A DNA stretch of 62,242 bases, filler included, from Choristocarpus tenellus KU-1152 (Eukaryota; Protista; Phaeophyceae), in NCBI GenBank assembly GCA_964200185.2. It is 10 parts of 10 records of this genome, joined end to end, with 100 filler letters (N's around TTAATTAATTAA, not from the genome) between each part and the next. Parts side by side here need not be neighbours in the genome. Positions count along the whole stretch, not along the records: positions 23,211 to 26,551 come from CAXNAD020020698.1; positions 26,652 to 30,763 come from CAXNAD020016152.1; positions 30,864 to 33,835 come from CAXNAD020023247.1; positions 33,936 to 41,586 come from CAXNAD020005813.1; 6 more parts are not named here. The stretch is one strand, 5' to 3'. The position numbers were made by a program, and so were the translations under genes. Below the pieces are notes generated by a model. The model had not been told where the DNA came from and did not search any database. It saw only the letters and a program-made list of their open reading frames with translations. Positions 25,494 to 38,152 of the stretch are shown in pieces (position 1 is the stretch's first letter; each line of letters starts with the position of its first letter).

Positions 25494-26867
25494 ATGGGGT
25501 GTGCATGCAAGAGGGTGTTGAAGAAATTGCATGTAGAGAAATGTAGATTAAAAGAGGTATGTTCGTTTGGCTAAAGAAAGTGTGGAAATACCGTTGATAG
25601 GAAAGTCAGCGTAGAAACTTGAAGTGCCAATGGATAAACAAAGGTGGCGAATAATATAGTGTTTAGAAGCAGCTCTCAATGAAAGGATGTAACATTCTAT
25701 AAGAGATCGTAGAATCTGTCTGTTTATCCACATGTGGCATTCATTCTATTCGGAGTATGGAAGGAGTGGTTGGTAAAGACACGAGAAAAAATATGAAGAG
25801 TTTGTTTATGTGCGTCAATACCGTGGGCACGTCACGATGTATGTGGTTGATCACAGGGCGCAGATATATATATATATATTTATTCTATTGTAGGACGGTA
25901 TCGTATATACATGGGGAAGTTTGATATGAAATAACCTGAGTTTTGTGGTCGGGAGAATCCTAGAGGGAATGATGAATGGGGAATGGAGTATTGATTTGGG
26001 TAAAAAATAAAAATAATGAGAAGGTGGACGAAGAGTTAAGTACTGGGGGCTAGAAGGCAGAAGAGGTAGGAGATAAGTTAAAAGAAATGTGTGGTAGGTG
26101 GAAGAATGAGGTAGGAAAGGGTGTATCAGAACATGAGGAAAACTTAAGGTTGGTGGGACAGGACAAGCAGGGCTAGAACAAGGCAACCTCGGAGCAATAT
26201 TTCCCACCCACACACACACCCTTTCGATTGCTCACGACCAACTGGGATGCTGGGGAACAGGAGGGGGGAGGACAAGTTTGGGCGGGGCATATGTCTTCTT
26301 CTAGTTCAAAGGCACGGTATTGAACTGGATGATGAAGGGGTGTTCTTGGATGATTGTGGAGTGGTGTTGAATGGTGTGGTGGAGTGGAAAGTGGTGGAAG
26401 GTGTTGTGGTGTTGAGTGGTTATAAATGGTGGGGTGGAGCGGAAAGTGGTGGAAAGCGTCATGGGGTTGAGTGGTGTTGAATGGTGTGGTGGAGCGGAAA
26501 GTGGTGTGGGGTTGACAGGGGTGAATGGGGGGGTGGAGTGGAAAGTGATGGNNNNNNNNNNNNNNNNNNNNNNNNNNNNNNNNNNNNNNNNNNNNTTAAT
26601 TAATTAANNNNNNNNNNNNNNNNNNNNNNNNNNNNNNNNNNNNNNNNNNNNCCACCCCCCCCCTCCAGATACTTTGACCCAGAAGGAATACGTGATCCCC
26701 AGTGCATTTTTGCATTCAAAGTAATCATTTCTTTCAAGTATTGCATCTCACCCATTCCTAAGTTTCGACATCATCTTATTATTCACCAACAGAAGTCACT
26801 CTCCTCTGTTGCAAATCCTCGTTACCCAGCACTTAAGTGCTTCACTGCCCACACCACATTTTCTTTT

Positions 26868-27213
26868 GCACGATTTTTTTTTTTCGAAGAAATAAAGGAT
26901 CCCTACCAACCACATGCATTCAGAAGAAAAGTAATCAACCAAGTTTCGCTTCTCAACTATTTCTAATTTTCAGATCTCGTCGAACATAACATATTTATTT
27001 TAGCACGACTTTTTTTCCCCCAAGAAACAAAGGATCCTCACCAACCACACCCATTCGGAAGTAAATAAATTAATCAAGTTTCGCTTCTCAACTATCTCTA
27101 ATTTTCATCAACCGTTGTCCAACAGTTGATGAGAAAAATCCCCACCAAATACATGCATTCGGAAGGAAATAAATTAATCAAGTTTCTCTTCTCAACTACT
27201 TTTAATTTTCAGA
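26868..27213 (+). repeat. Three degenerate direct repeats (~105-135 bp period)
   Basis: The core caccaa..acatgcattcggaa...aatcaagtttcgcttctcaacta..taattttca occurs at ~26900, 27035 and 27140. Confidence 0.8.
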
Positions 27214-27540
27214 TGCCGTCTTTCGAAATTCTGTCGACAAAATGGAAAGCCCTCCAAATTACCTCTCATCCGCTTTTCATGTTTCATGTAAGACCGGCAT
27301 TCTTTTAATGGTGTAAATCACACTATTCACAGACACGCATCATCTTCGGCAAACTACTCAATAGCCTGCTTGTTCGCTACATACCTATCACATCACTTGT
27401 TTCATTTTCATCCCTACTTCACCACCTTTAACACTCAACCATGCGAAACATATCAGCTTCATACTTGACTGACCTCTCTTCCTAATACCTCCTTTCGTTC
27501 GATGCCATGGTTTCCAAAATCCTACACTGCATGAAGGACT

Positions 27541-30500
27541 ATGAGCGAATCTGCTTACCATGAGTTGAACCAGAGGATCGGAGAAATTGGTTGCATTAAC
27601 CCAGGTGCAACCAAAACAATCTACTTGGTCAGCTCTGGATTTCTATTGCAGGAATTCAATGCAAATCTGGACAAGGAAAGAGTTGCCTCCATGCTCAAAG
27701 ACCTCACGAGGGATCCCAAACAGGCAGCAGACCAGGTCTTGACAATCCTCAGTTCCCAGCCTTTCTCCCTGTGCTCCTGTTGGAAGACCATAGACGAGAT
27801 AAAGGAGTACACGAATGAGTACGGGTTTCTGGCCGGCCTTTCCATACATGTTCTATTGGAGAGGTACATAAGAGGTGGATTCGTGATGAGGGACAAGACG
27901 GGGAAGAAGAGGAACCAGAAGGACCACAACAACATATTTTATAGCCTTAACGGGCAGCACCGAGCAATGCTGCTAAGGATATTCAGGACCATACAGCAGG
28001 AGAAGATTCTGCTGCTCAATATCAATGTTCCTGGGTTCATCGACAAGGATTGGACCTTGGGAGTAAACCAACCATCTGCAACGCTGCTGTAACAAGCTTG
28101 TGTGGAAAATATTTCCGCAAAGCAACTGGGAGAAGGCGGAATCCATCTCTATCGGAGAAGGCGTGGCTTCAAGCAGATCCCACGTCCTCAACGTGGTGAA
28201 CATCTTCCCCAGGATGGTGTCATGATTGCGGGCTATGAAGGACTTCCGGAGAAAATTCGGAAGGGTTGAGGCCCTCCCATGCACTCCGCCAGACCTGAGC
28301 GACGACAGCAAGAAGTAGAGGCGAAAGGCGCTGGTCAGGCTGTGTAACCAGTACTCTATAGGAAAAATTGACTTCAGGGATGTCAATGCCGCATTCAATG
28401 TAACAGCAAGGAAAACCGTAGCTGCCACGATCATGGCATTCTTGAAAGAGGCATGGACCGATACAAACTTGGAGAGTGGTTGGTCTCAACTTAGGGTTAG
28501 GATTTGGGTTGCCCTGGCACAGCAGCTCAATTCTACAACGCCATTACATCTCTGGCGCAGATTTGTGCAGATGACGGTAAAATTATGACCATTAATTCTC
28601 AAATGTTTCTTCACGTCATCACATATCAATGATTTCTCTTTTGTATTCTGGTCGACTCGAATAACTGCTGAATTGTAATCTAATGATACAACTCCTTCTT
28701 TCGCCGACCTCATCACTCTGCCACCAGGAACTGATGAGTTCGAGAATGTTTTGTGCGGTGTGTGGCAGAACCACAATAGGAGGGACACTAATGATGTAAG
28801 TGCAGTACGTTTTTAAGCATGTCAGTAAAAACAATCTAGTATGCAATACTAAGAACCCACCGTTGCTGAAATACGACTGCACAGCCATTGACCCCCCATC
28901 ATACACACCGAATGAAAAAACTTATTCCCTGATGAATGGATCAAAACCCCATTTTTTTTTTACTGAATATGCCCTTGCCCCGATTGTGGTGAGCCAAGTC
29001 AGCTTTACTTTCTGGAGATGGAAGACAAACCACAATGGGTCGTGTCCTTCTTTGTATGTGGCGTTGATGCCTCGATACAAATATCTAGGCAGACACAGTG
29101 TAACCCAATGGTATGACGAACTCTACTTTCATCCTCAGATTATATAACATATCTGCCGTCGCCCTCTCCTCGTCAATGTTGTATAAATCGACACACAGGA
29201 TAAGTTGGATTTCAGGGCTCTACATAGTTCACTTTGCTCTGGAATGCGAACTGTGAGGCCGCTGTGGAATCCCTCAAGAACAGTGGTGGATTCAGCTACA
29301 ACTATGGGCAACTGGTAGGTGGGATGAGTGTGTTGGTTTAACATCAGGCACAAAAGGGGTTATCTTGTGTGTCGACTCTCAGTAAGACTTACCATATCCG
29401 ATCATTTTGAGATCCATCCATCTTTGCTAGGTTTTATCAGGTTCTAATGTCATTTTTTGGGGGGAAATACCATTTGCCGGATAAGAATCAATTCATCGTA
29501 ACAAACTGCCAACAGTGATTGATATAGATGAAGTAGGGCAACAAATGTCTTATTGCTACATGCTTTCGGCATATGAATTAATCCTATCGGGGCTTGCCCT
29601 GCGCTTTTCCGCTCGCATCCATTTTTGTATTTTCAGTAGACTTCATCTGAAGCAAGGTTTGTATCCAAAGTAGGACCAATCCTGATCATTGGAAAGTGAA
29701 GACAAATAAACTATACAACAAGGTATTATCGATTCTGATATGAGGAAACCAAAAAGGCATGGATGAGAACTAAGAATCTCTGTTGGTGAGTTATCTGGTT
29801 GCACGTAGTAGACTTTCGCGCGGTCCATGGATGTTGCCTATTCCGTAGTTAGTGCACAGTCCAATGTTTACGACGAGGGATCAATATTGTTCTCACAATG
29901 AGCGGCCACTATCCCTTCCCTCGCTAGTTTTGGTTTCCAGTCCTTACACCACATCATTTCCCACTTTCCGAAAATACTGTATCCTTGTCCCTCCTTGCTC
30001 GTAGGTCCAGAAGCAGATCAGGATGAAGTACTTTGCATGAACGTGTGCAAATATCTTGGCTGTAAAAGGTCCTTCCATCCTAGGAGAGGACGCTCCTCAT
30101 GGCAGCCCATGGACGATATCATGGAGTCAGCCGCTTATGTATTTGCGAAGAAGGCGACTGAAAAATTGTCAACCGACCTGTTCTCCCTGTCCTACGTGGT
30201 TGGGAACGAAACCTTCCCGGAAGAATGGGTAAGCCTCAGATCCGTGAGGAATCGTCTCTAACCCTATGCACGGGTGCATATAGCAGTACCGATCACATTG
30301 CTTCTGACCTTATCATCCGAAGTACTTGTGCAACGTTTGAAACGCTCACAACATACAACTTTTGTCCTTGGCCACTCTGTGTGCAATTCACCTCCGTAGT
30401 TCTCTACTACACTAAGGGGTGTCCGCACCAAGAACGAGCACACCACCATCAAGGCCAAGAAACTTGAAGATGAAACAGGAAAGGAGACCAGCGTCTTTAC

Positions 30501-30760
30501 CCCTGAGACGGACGAATTACCCTTTGCGACGGCAAAGCAGAAACTCGCGTTCAGTCGGAGGATGCACCTGAAGGTGTTCATCGAGCAGGCCGTTCTTGAG
30601 GAAGCGATCGTGGAGATAATGGAGCTGAAGGAGAAAGACAGGCTTGAAATCGACCCTGACACAACAGGAAATTTCAATGGAGGTTGCAAAAGAACTGTAC
30701 ATCCTATCAGAGAAGGTAATTTATACAGTGTTGACGGTTTACCCTCTCGACTTTCTTGTG
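27541..30760 (+). pseudogene. Decayed intronless ORF region: ParB/Srx-like N-terminus, possible N6A/N4C DNA methyltransferase downstream
   Basis: YHELNQRIGEIGCINP and YSLNGQHRAMLL resemble ParB motifs. KYDCTAIDPP (~28870) resembles the DPPY motif IV. Protein-like frames continue through stops and frameshifts. Confidence 0.4.
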
Positions 30761-31349
30761 TGTNNNNNNNNNNNNNNNNNNNNNNNNNNNNNNNNNNNNN
30801 NNNNNNNTTAATTAATTAANNNNNNNNNNNNNNNNNNNNNNNNNNNNNNNNNNNNNNNNNNNNAGGACTAGCCGTAGCCCAAACCCTAGCTCTAGCAGTA
30901 GCCCCAGCCCCAGCCCTAGCTCCAACCGTAGCTCCCGCCGTAGCTCCTGCCTTAGCTCTAGACCTGAGCTGATTGTTCAATAGACGGAAGTAAAGAGATG
31001 TATCTACTGACAACCACATCCAAACTGTATTTTTATCTAAATTATTGGTGACGTCGAATTCCTAACACACAATCTACATTTCATAAAATTGTTCTTGAGA
31101 TGAATTTCGGTCTCATAACACAATCTAGTATCTATGTGTAAATTAAGTTGTTGAGATATATTTTGAAATTAGAACATAGGGTGTGCAATTATCTAACTAC
31201 TATAAACGCAAAATCTCTGTAACGTAACCATCAACCTCATCTCATCAAGTAGGTGACTAGGAAAAAATTCCATCGGGGCTCATGTGGACAAGTGTTGGCA
31301 TCTGCTGATAATCACAACAATATGGAACAAAAACTTTATGAAATTGCTA

Positions 31350-33760
31350 ACTCTAACCCTAACCCCATCAGGAAGTACCCCAAGAGCAGCAATAAAGGGA
31401 GTACCGTGGTGAAAGAAGGTCTTGTCTCAGATCAGCGGAGGTTGAGGTGTAGCAGCGGGTTTTCTTCTTTGACATCTGGTGTTGTTGATGCCGCGAAGGC
31501 GTTCACCAATGGGGATGACGATATTCCAGCACACTTCGACGCCAGAGAAGCCTACCCACAGTGTGCTGAGGTGATCTGGAACATAGGTTTAGGGTTATAG
31601 GGTTAGGGTTAGAATTAGGGATTGAACAAAAAGATAGGGTAGTTCGCTTTGCACCAGCAACCTTGCCGTAAATTTACCATAAAATTCTTTAGAACGAAGA
31701 ACCCTAGCCCTGAGTCCGGTTCTCATCTGTTTATGTGTGGTGCCTTGAACCCACAGATCTCGACTGGGTGTTCTGTTGATGTTTTGTTTGCAGGTGATTG
31801 GTCGAGTGAGGGACCAGAGTGATTGGGGTAGGCGCTGGGGGTTTGGTTCAACAGAGGCCTTCGATGACCAGAGGTGTATCGAAGGTAAGGGTTAGGGATA
31901 TTTCAGGTGTTAGGGGGTGTGATGTGGCAAGGGGCAGTCTTTCTTCAAAATGGAAGGGTTAATTTTGTGATTAATTTTATGGCCAATGCACATGAGAAAT
32001 GTTTGAGATTATTAGTGGAGGATATTATGGAGTGACGAGTGTTAGTCTGGTTGAACCCAACGCAAGACAGGAGGCAGCACAATTAGTCGTATAGTGAGCC
32101 AGGGAGTTCCCCTTTGTGTGGAAGTTAGGGTTAGGGTACTATATACTCTTTTCAGTGAGCATGAGAGAATGAACAGCGTGCTAACAATTGTAAATATTTG
32201 TACTTTTATAAACGTACACACATATATATATATTATGTACGTATGTAGTAATATCTAACCTTGCACTGTGGAAGACCTTTTATGTTTGATGTCTTCAGTT
32301 ACAACTTGGAAAATGTTAGCGTTGTCTGAAGGGTCTCCAAGGATGGTGGTCTGTGTGTTGTGTCCGACTCAGAACTGTCCCTTCATCAATTTATAATTTT
32401 TATTTTTTTGTAATTTTTTTCTTTCTACCACCGTTAATATAAAGAAAAATATATTTTTGGTATATTTTTGTGACAGTGACTTCTCTCAAGATCGTGATCT
32501 ATTTTGAATCAATATTTCCATCGGTCGTAGGAGTATAGGGTTAGGGTTAGGAGGTAGCGTATGTAACTGAAGAGCAGTTACTTCCACACTTTGCAGGGAT
32601 CAAGGAGAACAGAAAGGAGACGGACTACCTGTCCATGCTTAGCGCTGAAGACACTACTGCATGCTGTCATGGATTTTTTTGTGGTCTCAGGTGTGTGGGT
32701 ACACGCCTACAATGATAGTATTATTATATTATTATATTATTATATTATTATATTATTATATTAATATCTGTTATTTGTTATTTTTTGATGGTTGGTTTTT
32801 ATTGATAGGTTGTGCGTTCTCGAGGCCGGCTTGATTGTTGATGTGATGGATGACTTGGAGGGGTTCAAGAAGTTTTTTTTTCAGCGATACTATCTTGTGG
32901 TGTACTGAATGTACGACAAGCAAACATGCCTGTTATTTCCATTGGTGTACCTATATATTTTATTATTATTCTTAGGGTTGGGTCAGAGTTAGTGTTAGGG
33001 TTATAGCCTCGCCCTTTGTGTCACTTGTGTTGTGTTTATTTCTTTGTGCGTGTTATTCTTTCTCCAGCATGGGCTGCAATGGGGGTCAGCCTGGTGCAGC
33101 TCGGAAGTGGTTCACCAAGACAGGCGTTGTGTCTGGTGGAGACTTCAAGGATGAGGGCGCTGGCACTACCTGCAAGGTGCAAATGTTACGCCAACCTGGT
33201 CGGAAAACCTTGGTTAATTTATTCATACCACCGAGCTTTTGGACGGTAATTTTTTTAGTGCATGAAGCGTTTCCTATCCAAGTACTGTTTGTGGTGTTGA
33301 TGTAGTAGTGGTGTCTTCATTGTTGTGAGGATACATTTGTAGATTTAGTAACTGCAATGTTAGAACGGTAACTGTGTAGGTGTGGACGTTTTTTAGATAC
33401 TAGATGACATTCCTGTTTGACATGGTGCTGATCAGATTGAAGTGCAGCTGTTGGAATGATGAAATCCTTTTGAGATGTAAAATCACTTCAGACTGTAGGG
33501 TTGTTAGGGTTAGGGTTAGGGTTGTTAATGCAAGGTCAATACGCAGTTGCAGTATTTAAACTCAATTTCCAATGTTGTAAGGGAGATTCTTGGAGTAAAC
33601 ATGACAATGGTATACCCATTGCAAAATGACATTCAAGAAATATATTAGCCATTGTGAAGGTAATGTTTTAACTATTTGTGAAAAGAAAAATGCTACTCTA
33701 CTATTTCATGTCTTGTTATTGAGATTTTTTTTACTGGTATGGGCACTTTAGGGTTAGTCA
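31350..33760. repeat. Interspersed short telomeric repeats in cathepsin introns
   Basis: TTAGGG tracts at 31588, 31886, 32124, 32536, 32972-33000, 33496-33522 and 33748. CCCTAA tracts at 31352 and 31701. Confidence 0.9.
31372..33176 (+). CDS. Cathepsin B-like (papain C1A) protease exons, catalytic Cys lost (inactive homologue or young pseudogene), partial
   Basis: Exons ~31372-31570 (IPAHFDAREAYPQCAE), 31794-31884 (VIGRVRDQSDWGRRWGFGSTEAFDDQRCIE), 32597-32690 (LSAEDTTACCHGFFCGL) and 33068-33176 (SMGCNGGQPGAARKWFTKTGVVSGGDF). Phases are consistent. The start of the first exon is tentative. Confidence 0.85.
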
Positions 33761-33935
33761 CTACTATAACACTCTACTCTACATATGATTTTATAATATC
33801 TTCCAACGACAGAATAACTGATTCATTCCCCCCCCNNNNNNNNNNNNNNNNNNNNNNNNNNNNNNNNNNNNNNNNNNNNTTAATTAATTAANNNNNNNNN
33901 NNNNNNNNNNNNNNNNNNNNNNNNNNNNNNNNNNN

Positions 33936-33965
33936 CCCCCCCCCCCCCCCCAGATACTTTGACCC
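33936..33965. mobile_element. MITE family B end
   Basis: (c)n agatactttgaccc at a contig start. The same end occurs at 26652-26680. Confidence 0.6.
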
Positions 33966-36900
33966 TAGTCGCCGGAACTTAACATCAACAAATCAGGCTT
34001 TTACAGTTCCTAAAACGTTGAGTTTGGAGGGAGCACTACCGTAAAGTAGAAAGTGTAGTGGTGGATGTAAAGACGCTCTTCGCAAAGTACCTTGCAGAAA
34101 CTCGGAAGCGAGTGTGTGGCCGAGTCTATTTAATAAGCAAGGTATAACCAGGTGTTGGCGGCGTTCAAGGGCAACGATTTTGAGGTAGAGCACGAGAAAG
34201 ACTGAACATTGCAGAGTAGCAGGTGCCCGAAAAAGTGTGTACAGATTGATGAGGAGGCACACCACGTGGAGGAGGTGTGGTGGTGTGAAGGGGAGGAGAT
34301 GGAGGCCATCAGGGCCAAGGTTTCCGCACACTAACTTTGTTTCTTGATGGTATGAAGTTCGGGTTAGGGTTATAGAAGGTTCTTCATGTTCATGTACCAG
34401 TGCTGGTACCACTCCAAGTCGATGGTGACATGGACCTTGCACTTGCCCCCACGCTGGTGGTTTGTGGTTGTGTCCTGTGCATTTCTTTCATGATACATAC
34501 CAATGTGCCTGCAATTTGATAATGTTCAAGTTGGACTCATCGACCTCGGCCTTTACCTGTTGTAATTGCTAATAATAGCTGCTAAACAATCAAATGTTCC
34601 AACTCAGAGTTGACCTCGACAATTCGCTGCACCTCGGTGGGTGTGAAGGCTGTGAGAGCATCAGACCTCTTCATGGTGTCAAGAGAGAGCGTGTGGGTGG
34701 CAGTAACCTACTACACCGCCTTGTTCCACAACCTGGAGGTATAGCCTTTGGAAACCTTGAACTCAGCCCCAACAGTCAGACCAGCACCTGTCGGAAGGTT
34801 CAGTTTTCCAGGGGGTAAAGCAAGCACCTATCTCACAACCAATAATTAGTAACCCTCCACAGAGAGCTCCACATTGTCACAATAGTTAGATGGGCACTTA
34901 TTTACTGGGTTCTGTCATCTAGCTGTTGTTGGGCCCTTTGTAGGTGTTGTAATATAGCTTCCCCTTGGTGTGCTACTTCTGAAACATGAAAAAACTCTTC
35001 CAAAAAATACCCAAATTAATCCATGATTCTTGGAATAAATATAAAATAAAAAGATAACCTGCTTGCAAAACATATCCCAGAGGTTCTGGGGATATAACAC
35101 GCCAGCCAAACATTGAACACACTTGTGGGACAGAGGGAGCATACATAAACTGATTCACATGAATATTGAAAATTTGGAGTCCAATTATGAACAAGAAATT
35201 GGTGCAGAGTTTATCACCATTTTGAACAGCCTTGACAATCTTCAACATGAAGGGTCCTCTATTTGAGAATCTTATACTATACTTATCCCCTCCCCTTTGT
35301 TGCACTATCACACCCCTGCAAAGCAATCACAAACAGCACGCAGTGAAGATGCACAAACATATTATATGTTTATATATACATACACATAATCTATGTTTTT
35401 ATAAATATGCACATAACCTATGTTTATATAAATACACTATGGTATTGCTTGGAATACTCTTTTAAATTAAACTCTTTAACGGAAAAAAATGAGAAATAAG
35501 ATAGCAATAAATTGTTGCTGTCCAAGATTCATAGATATAGTTTTTCCTAAATTATAGGCGTGTATGGGGCATTTGCTGCTTCAAAGTATGTGATATGATG
35601 TAGAGTGGGAGTCTAAGTAATGACTTCAAATGGTCTTGTGAAACGTGACTTGAAACAAAATTGTAGAAGAATATTCTTATGCGTCCAACAACATCTTGGA
35701 GGTCCCCCAAGTCCTGGGGACACCATCCACAAAACTTTTTTTTCTTAAAAATAATGTGTATGTGGGTTGGCTGGAATGTCGACTGACAAACAAAATTGGC
35801 ACTTTGTGGTGAAATTCGAACAGTAGTTTCGAGGCAATCTTGATTAGGATCAAGGTCGCCATCAAGAGGTGTCAATCTTTCTTTTTTTTAACTGAATGAG
35901 AAATTGTTCTTAGAAATTGTTCTGAGGGGAGGTGTTGGAAGGTCATTATGTGGCATTTCATACAAAAAAATGGGCTACCTTTAAAACAAGTCTCTGGATA
36001 GGAAAAACAAAATATAACATACCACTGTTTCCAGACCCCTTTATCAGGTTTGGGAGACCCAAACGATCAACTCTATGGGCTAGCCAGATACACCATTTTG
36101 TTGTATGTCTGGACCAGGTCCACCAACTATGGCAACAGTTCAGTCCACGGATTCGCCTGGTTCCAGTGTTTATTTAGTGTTTATTTACAAGGCCAATCTA
36201 GGCCCACAACACATTTTCTTGCTCCGGTTGTGGGACAGCCCAGCTCCAACACTTGTTTTCAGATTCAGTTCAGGGTTAGAACACATCTTCATGGTCTGCT
36301 GTGAGTCAGATTGGCCTAAATCTGGGTTGGCTGTACTCCTATGGACTGGTCTGTTCACATTGAAAAGAAAGATATCTGGAGATATCGGAATATTACTAAA
36401 GACATCTATTGGCTGATTGATTGATTGATTGATTGATTTACTTGTATCAAATCAATGCATGGTGCACCTGATGGTTGATTTTTTTTCTTACAAATGTTGT
36501 AATGGAGAAAGAAGAAACATCGACATGCTTGGATCCCATGACCAAATGTGATACAACAAGCAGTGAGATGAGAAAATGGAAAATTGTGTATCTAACAAAA
36601 TCAGAATATGGAAGTCAATTTTTTAAAAATACATTAAAAAATAAAAAAAATGAAGGGGGAGTCAAAAATGAAGGGGTACTCAAAGGCAAGACAACCAAAA
36701 CAAAACAAGTAAAACTCAACTTCAGAAAGAGGTCTAGCTAGGTGTACCAAGCAATTTGTTGCTGTATGCACCAGTATCAATCTAAAGTTCAACTCTCTCC
36801 CCCCACTCAATTGAAAGGAAGTCAAAACACAACACCAAAACACCAATGTGCAGAAAGAGATTAAAAAAGAGATCAAAAAGATTTTTTTTTAAAAGATGAA

Positions 36901-38111
36901 AAAAACATCCAAAAGACCGTCACAGATGACAGACACGAGCACCAGGCCAAGGAGGTGTAGCCTCAACAATCTCTGCATGAGATGCCATTAATTGATAAAG
37001 TTGTTGATTCCTGCCACCACTCCATCTGAAAAATTAACCTTAGGTTATTAAGAGGGTGGTGGCGAGGGAAGTAGGTAGCCATATTTATAATTTGCCATGC
37101 TGACTTAACCTTTGGTGACTTATTTTTTTGCTGTTATTAATATTATTTTTTTATTCATCTGCAACCAACTTGTCAGACATACTTTTTGTTGCCTGAACAG
37201 CAGATCTCCCCCCCTTCTTAACTCAGTCATGGTGATTGCGTACCAATCAACTTTGAAGACATGTTTGTCAACCACACTGTCCTTAGTGCATCTCATCATA
37301 TGGATGAAAAAATAATAGTACATCTGTAGCAACAATAGGATTTCAGTTTAATCAGTGGTATGATACATCTTTTTAAGACACAATTGGTGTATGTATGTAT
37401 GTATATAAAATTATAAATATTGTTTGTCGTATGTTTGTGATATCATATCATTCTGCTCCAACTTGGGAGTCATTTTCTTGGTCAACAGAGATCAGGAAAT
37501 TTAATATTTTTCTGGAATGATCTACAACTTACCAGTATTACCTTTAAAATGGTACTTTTTGATCTGTCTTGTCCATTCTCTCTCTCAAGGCTGCATTGAT
37601 GGTTGGACTGTTGTTGCCGTGAAAGTATCAGAATTAGAACCTTTGAAGTAGTATTGATCAGTCGGTGAGTTTGGCAATAAGTTGAGACTAACAAAAATAG
37701 TTATGCTACAAAGTCACAAGGTAGCAGTGGGAAATAGTTTTGTCCACAACTAAAAGCAGTTCTCTTTTTGAGTTCAACATCACTCATGATGCCTTGGCTG
37801 AACCAGTGATATTGTCAAACTGAATGTGTAGTAGATTCAGTTTACTTTCCTGCTTTTTGCAAAACGCCAGACTAAATTTGGGTAAATTCAGATCTGGGAC
37901 TTTTGCAGTATCTTTTTGACTTTTTCTCAGTGTGCACAATTAAAATATGGATGAGAGTGACAAGTACTTAGCTACCACTCTACAGATATGTACAGCTTGT
38001 GTTACCATTTGTTGGTTATTTGTAGTGGAGACTAGACCCTCCTTAGTCAGAGAAGAAAGATAACCCACCTTGTTCTTTGAGCTAGACTCAACAAAAAACC
38101 CAAACCAATCA

Positions 38112-38152
38112 ACGTCAAAGTATCTTGGGGTGGGGTGGGGGGTTGGCGGCTG
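38112..38152. mobile_element. Isolated MITE family B terminus
   Basis: cgtcaaagtatcttggggtggggtgggggttggcggctg closely matches the reverse complement of 15208-15238. Confidence 0.6.

Larger units (their letters stand above)
23280..26200. mobile_element. Highly degenerate non-LTR retrotransposon remnants
   Basis: Weak motifs only: + strand VVYTDSSAK (RNase H-like, ~23805); minus strand AHGIDA (~25820), FYAD (~25610) and HEHTIWE (~24725). Strong strand compositional skew. Confidence 0.35.

Noticed and set aside
30864-30965. Ala/Gly/Arg repeat ORF
   Set aside because: Degenerate hexamer low-complexity sequence at a contig edge with no supportable product.
33990-34800. RNase H-bearing LINE remnant on the minus strand
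   Set aside because: Only a weak KLQAH-like motif is present, which is too degenerate to call.
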